This document shows, piece after piece, positions 62,882 through 64,000 of a stretch of 64,000 bases of DNA (the stretch's first letter is position 1; the number at the start of each line of letters is the position of its first letter). The DNA is from Klebsormidium nitens (Eukaryota > Plantae > Klebsormidiophyceae), in NCBI GenBank assembly GCA_000708835.1, contig DF237174.1:69788-133787 (forward strand). The letters are read 5' to 3'. Under the pieces are notes generated by a model, which saw nothing but the letters and a program-made list of their open reading frames with translations, was not told where the DNA came from and ran no database searches. Made by a program: the position numbers and the translations under genes.

Positions 62882-63740
62882 GTCTCGATATTGTGCGAGG
62901 GCAAAGGTCTTTATAAAGTAGCTTTTACTTGCAAGGGTGCCTCTAGATTGTGGTCTGCATGCATGTGTCAGGGCCTGCAGCTTGAGCTTTCTCGACAGCT
63001 TGTTGAAGTCATGACGACAGCATATGAGTACTCGAGATCCGACTCCTGTGCATACTAGCTATAAGCCCACGTTTGAGAAGTCATGTGCAATCTGCATGCA
63101 GCCCTTGACAACCACGTGCACTGAGCCTTAATAGTTGAAAATGTAAAACCAGGATGGTAGCATAGCTACCAATGCAGGACGCTGGCCACTGGGTAAGCGG
63201 GCTCGTATGGATAGAGGTCGTACGGGGGTGATATGTGTGGATTTTGCAATCGGACGGTAATCGGACCGAATATTACGTAATTTTAGTACTACTTGAAGTT
63301 CAATATTTGCATGGAATAATTCAATCGGGCTAACCGCGCGCGGCCGCGCCGACGCCGATGCGTGCGGCAGCGCGATGAGGTAGAGCGTGAAGCAAACTCG
63401 AAAGTAGGACGGATGAGAAGCAAAGTGACTGTACAAGGTCGACGCAATCAGCGTCATCATTTGAGTTCGGCTGGGATGTAGAAGGAACGTTTTGAGCGAC
63501 TGGGACAGAATTGTTGGAGGCCTATACAGAACGAGTCAGTGTCTTTCGCCGTCACACTTCAGCAGGGTCGTTCCCGAGCAGCTATCTCAGACTCTATGAA
63601 GGTTCTAGCATTATGTAGAATGAACTGTGCTACGTTTGCTACGAGACGACTCTGTATGGCAGCCCGTACTTTGAGTAACGCCGCCGGTGAGCCAGCCATC
63701 CGATTACACTGGGTACCCTGTCTGCAGCCCGCAATTCTGC

Positions 63741-64000
63741 TCATGCGGGCGCCGTGCCGGAACTCGCGGGTGGCTCCGGCAGTCCGTTTGTTCCGCTGGA
63801 TCCGGCGGCCGCCCGCGTATCCGCGGCGGAGCTCGGTGCGCCGGTTTCAGCGGCCGCGTTCCCGGCCGCCGCGCGCGCCGGGTGCGCCGGTTTGCTCTTC
63901 TTCGGCGGCTTTCCGTCCGTCCCGTCCGTTCCGGTGGCCGCCTCCGCGTCTCCGGCGGAGCTCGGCGCGCCCGTCCCCGCGGCCGCGTTATCGGCCGCCG
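63741..64000 (-). CDS. 3' end of a gene running off the window; Ala/Gly/Ser-rich low-complexity tail with an internal ~126 bp repeat
   Basis: A very GC-rich open frame reads ...AADNAAAGTGAPSSAGDAEAA...KPPKKSKPAHPARAAAGNAAAETGAPSSAADTRAAA...APA, with TGA at 63741-63743. The ORF track misses it because there is no start codon in the window. Confidence 0.6.
   Translation of the reverse strand, partial: AADNAAAGTGAPSSAGDAEAATGTDGTDGKPPKKSKPAHPARAAAGNAAAETGAPSSAADTRAAAGSSGTNGLPEPPASSGTAPA

Overview
Intron-rich eukaryotic genomic DNA. The gene set is streptophyte-like (DEG5, ALMT, At2g21960-like, OBGC2-like) and includes DUF4419 genes, which I do not know from land plants. This fits a charophyte alga such as Klebsormidium (inference). 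I built exon-by-exon models by hand, with frames checked across splice sites. The window holds the 3' part of an Obg GTPase, two tandem DUF4419 genes (the second with an in-frame TAA), a chloroplast M41-like HExxH protein, DEG5, an ankyrin-repeat protein, ALMT, MEMO1, two tandem intronless genes of an unrecognised membrane-anchored Cys-rich family, importin beta, an F-box/LRR protein, a MATE transporter, a BORCS5/myrlysin-like gene not recovered as a single ORF by the track, and the 3' end of an Ala-rich gene. A ~1 kb element with terminal inverted repeats lies at 12.05-13.07 kb. The most striking unexplained structure is a recurring set of 'splice-junction echo arrays'. In four unrelated genes, an internal exon with very high GC at third codon positions (GC3) is flanked by tandem, degenerate intronic copies of its own exon-intron junction. 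Many copies keep the AG or GT, and every one I traced would lead to a premature stop if spliced.
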